Shown here in pieces: positions 50,090 to 64,000 of a DNA stretch of 64,000 nt. Within the stretch, counting starts at the first letter, position 1, and the number at the start of each line of letters is the position of its first letter. The DNA lies in contig CAVNZM010000006.1 of the NCBI GenBank assembly GCA_963693365.1, forward strand, positions 9,303,355-9,367,354, read 5' to 3'. The position numbers and the translations under genes were made by a program. A model generated the notes under the pieces. The model did not search any database, was not told the DNA's origin, and saw only the letters and a program-made list of their open reading frames with translations. Source of the DNA: Amoebidium appalachense. Lineage: Eukaryota; Protista; Ichthyosporea.

Positions 50090-51366
50090 TGTATACACAT
50101 ACACGTGTTACGGAGTACGAAGTACACACTCTAGCAAAGCATACACGTGCACATGGATCATGAGACTCTGAGATGCAGAGCCCATCCTGTGAGTAAATCA
50201 GCCGGTGAGGAGTTGCAATAAGGAAGTCATTCACAGAATAAAGTTGACCCGTTTAACCCCGCATTCAAAACGGTTTACCCAGATCAGCTGATAGAAAGTC
50301 TTCCTCTATTGCAATGTGCATGGTTGTAACAATGAATGGCCATGAGGCAACAGACGTCACAGGCAAGAGCAGTGGGCAGGGGAAGGGCCGAGGTCGAAGT
50401 TGCAATACATGGTAAGCAACAAACCAAAACCAGGGAGAGGCGGGGGTACGATGGATGGCGGGTGGTGATGGTGGTGGTGGTGTGTGTACACGTGTGTGTG
50501 TGTGGGTGTGGGGGGGGGGGGGGGGGGGCAAGGTGGGTGGCCACGTGGTGGTGGTGGTGCGGGTGGTTGGGTTGGGTTGGGCTCGATGCTGGCACCGTAT
50601 GATTCGTTGAACTTCGCACGTTAAGCTGACGTGCACACATGCAACGGTAACAGTTGCACATCAGATTCTACCATGATTTTATACGAGTCTCAGAACCCTC
50701 TTACAAGCATGTATAACACGTGCTTATTAATATTCACACAGGCCTATTATTAGTAATGCCTCGTCGTTACTTTTTAACTGCACTACCTAACTACGCACCC
50801 GTGGTATACATACATACCAGTGGAACCGCATTTCACGACGATTAGTGCAGAGCAGTTAAGCAACACTAAACCGCACGACTTGCCACGGTAACCCGGCGCC
50901 GGTCTATTTTGGCTGCCCACACGTGCACACAGTACTACATATATGAGAATCCTCCGCTTTCGCATTGCCCAATGTGTGCATATCATGCCACTTAATCTAT
51001 TATTTTCTACTTTTTGGCCTTTCTGGTCTGGCCACGTGCCAGTGTCCCTGTGTTTTTCGTCTTGGCTCCAGTCCGTTGGGCTGCCTTGCTGCCTGTTCGT
51101 TTTTTCGTAGGTGGAAGTGGCTTTTTGAAGGTGTCCGATGGCAAGCCCTGCGGGTCATGTGGAAACACACGGGATTGAGGAACATAAGACCTATGTTGGA
51201 ACGTTGGAAGGACTGCTAACACCTTGCTCTTAAACTTTGCGATAATATGTTGCAACGACGACATTGCCCAATATGACATGTGTGTGAGTGCAGCATGTTC
51301 GTTGAGGGTGTGTTGAGACTGGAGGAAGTCGGAGGGGATGGGTAAAAGGCAAAGGTAAGAGGGGGT

Positions 51367-63962
<12,596 letters not shown>

Positions 63963-64000
63963 CTGGTTGGTGGCAAAACAAACATGTGCTCGTGTTAGAG

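Overview
Eukaryotic nuclear DNA, intron-rich, with introns packed with poly-G/poly-C homopolymers and (CA)n/(GT)n microsatellites; most of the supplied ORFs are translations of these repeats and are not genes. I rebuilt gene models by eye from splice signals and family motifs: the 3' end of a CDCA7-like zf-4CXXC_R1 gene (+), an intronless PAS-domain gene (+), an orphan ORF pair split by a +1 frameshift (+), a 10-exon plant-type 3-ketoacyl-CoA synthase (KCS/FAE1 family, -), a tandem pair of mitochondrial rhodanese genes (one intact, one frameshifted, -), a 14-exon DPH1 (-), an 8-finger C2H2 gene (+), a JAZF1 homologue (+) and the 3' part of a divergent Cnd1 (CAP-D2/D3-like) HEAT-repeat gene (-). 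The animal-like JAZF1 suggests a holozoan, perhaps unicellular (inference only). The most unusual object is a 3.7 kb TIR-bounded, transposase-less hAT-like element (3738-7468). It carries a ~1.3 kb foldback made of one intact and one internally deleted copy of an unknown Cys-rich ORF, a candidate mobile hairpin-RNA silencer. Other oddities: three GC-AG introns at conserved coding positions, (CA)n tracts in place of polypyrimidine tracts, a consistently polarised C(n)A(n) compound homopolymer, a poly-G-spaced minisatellite with an age gradient, and several MITE-like foldbacks. No database search was possible; family assignments rest on remembered motifs.
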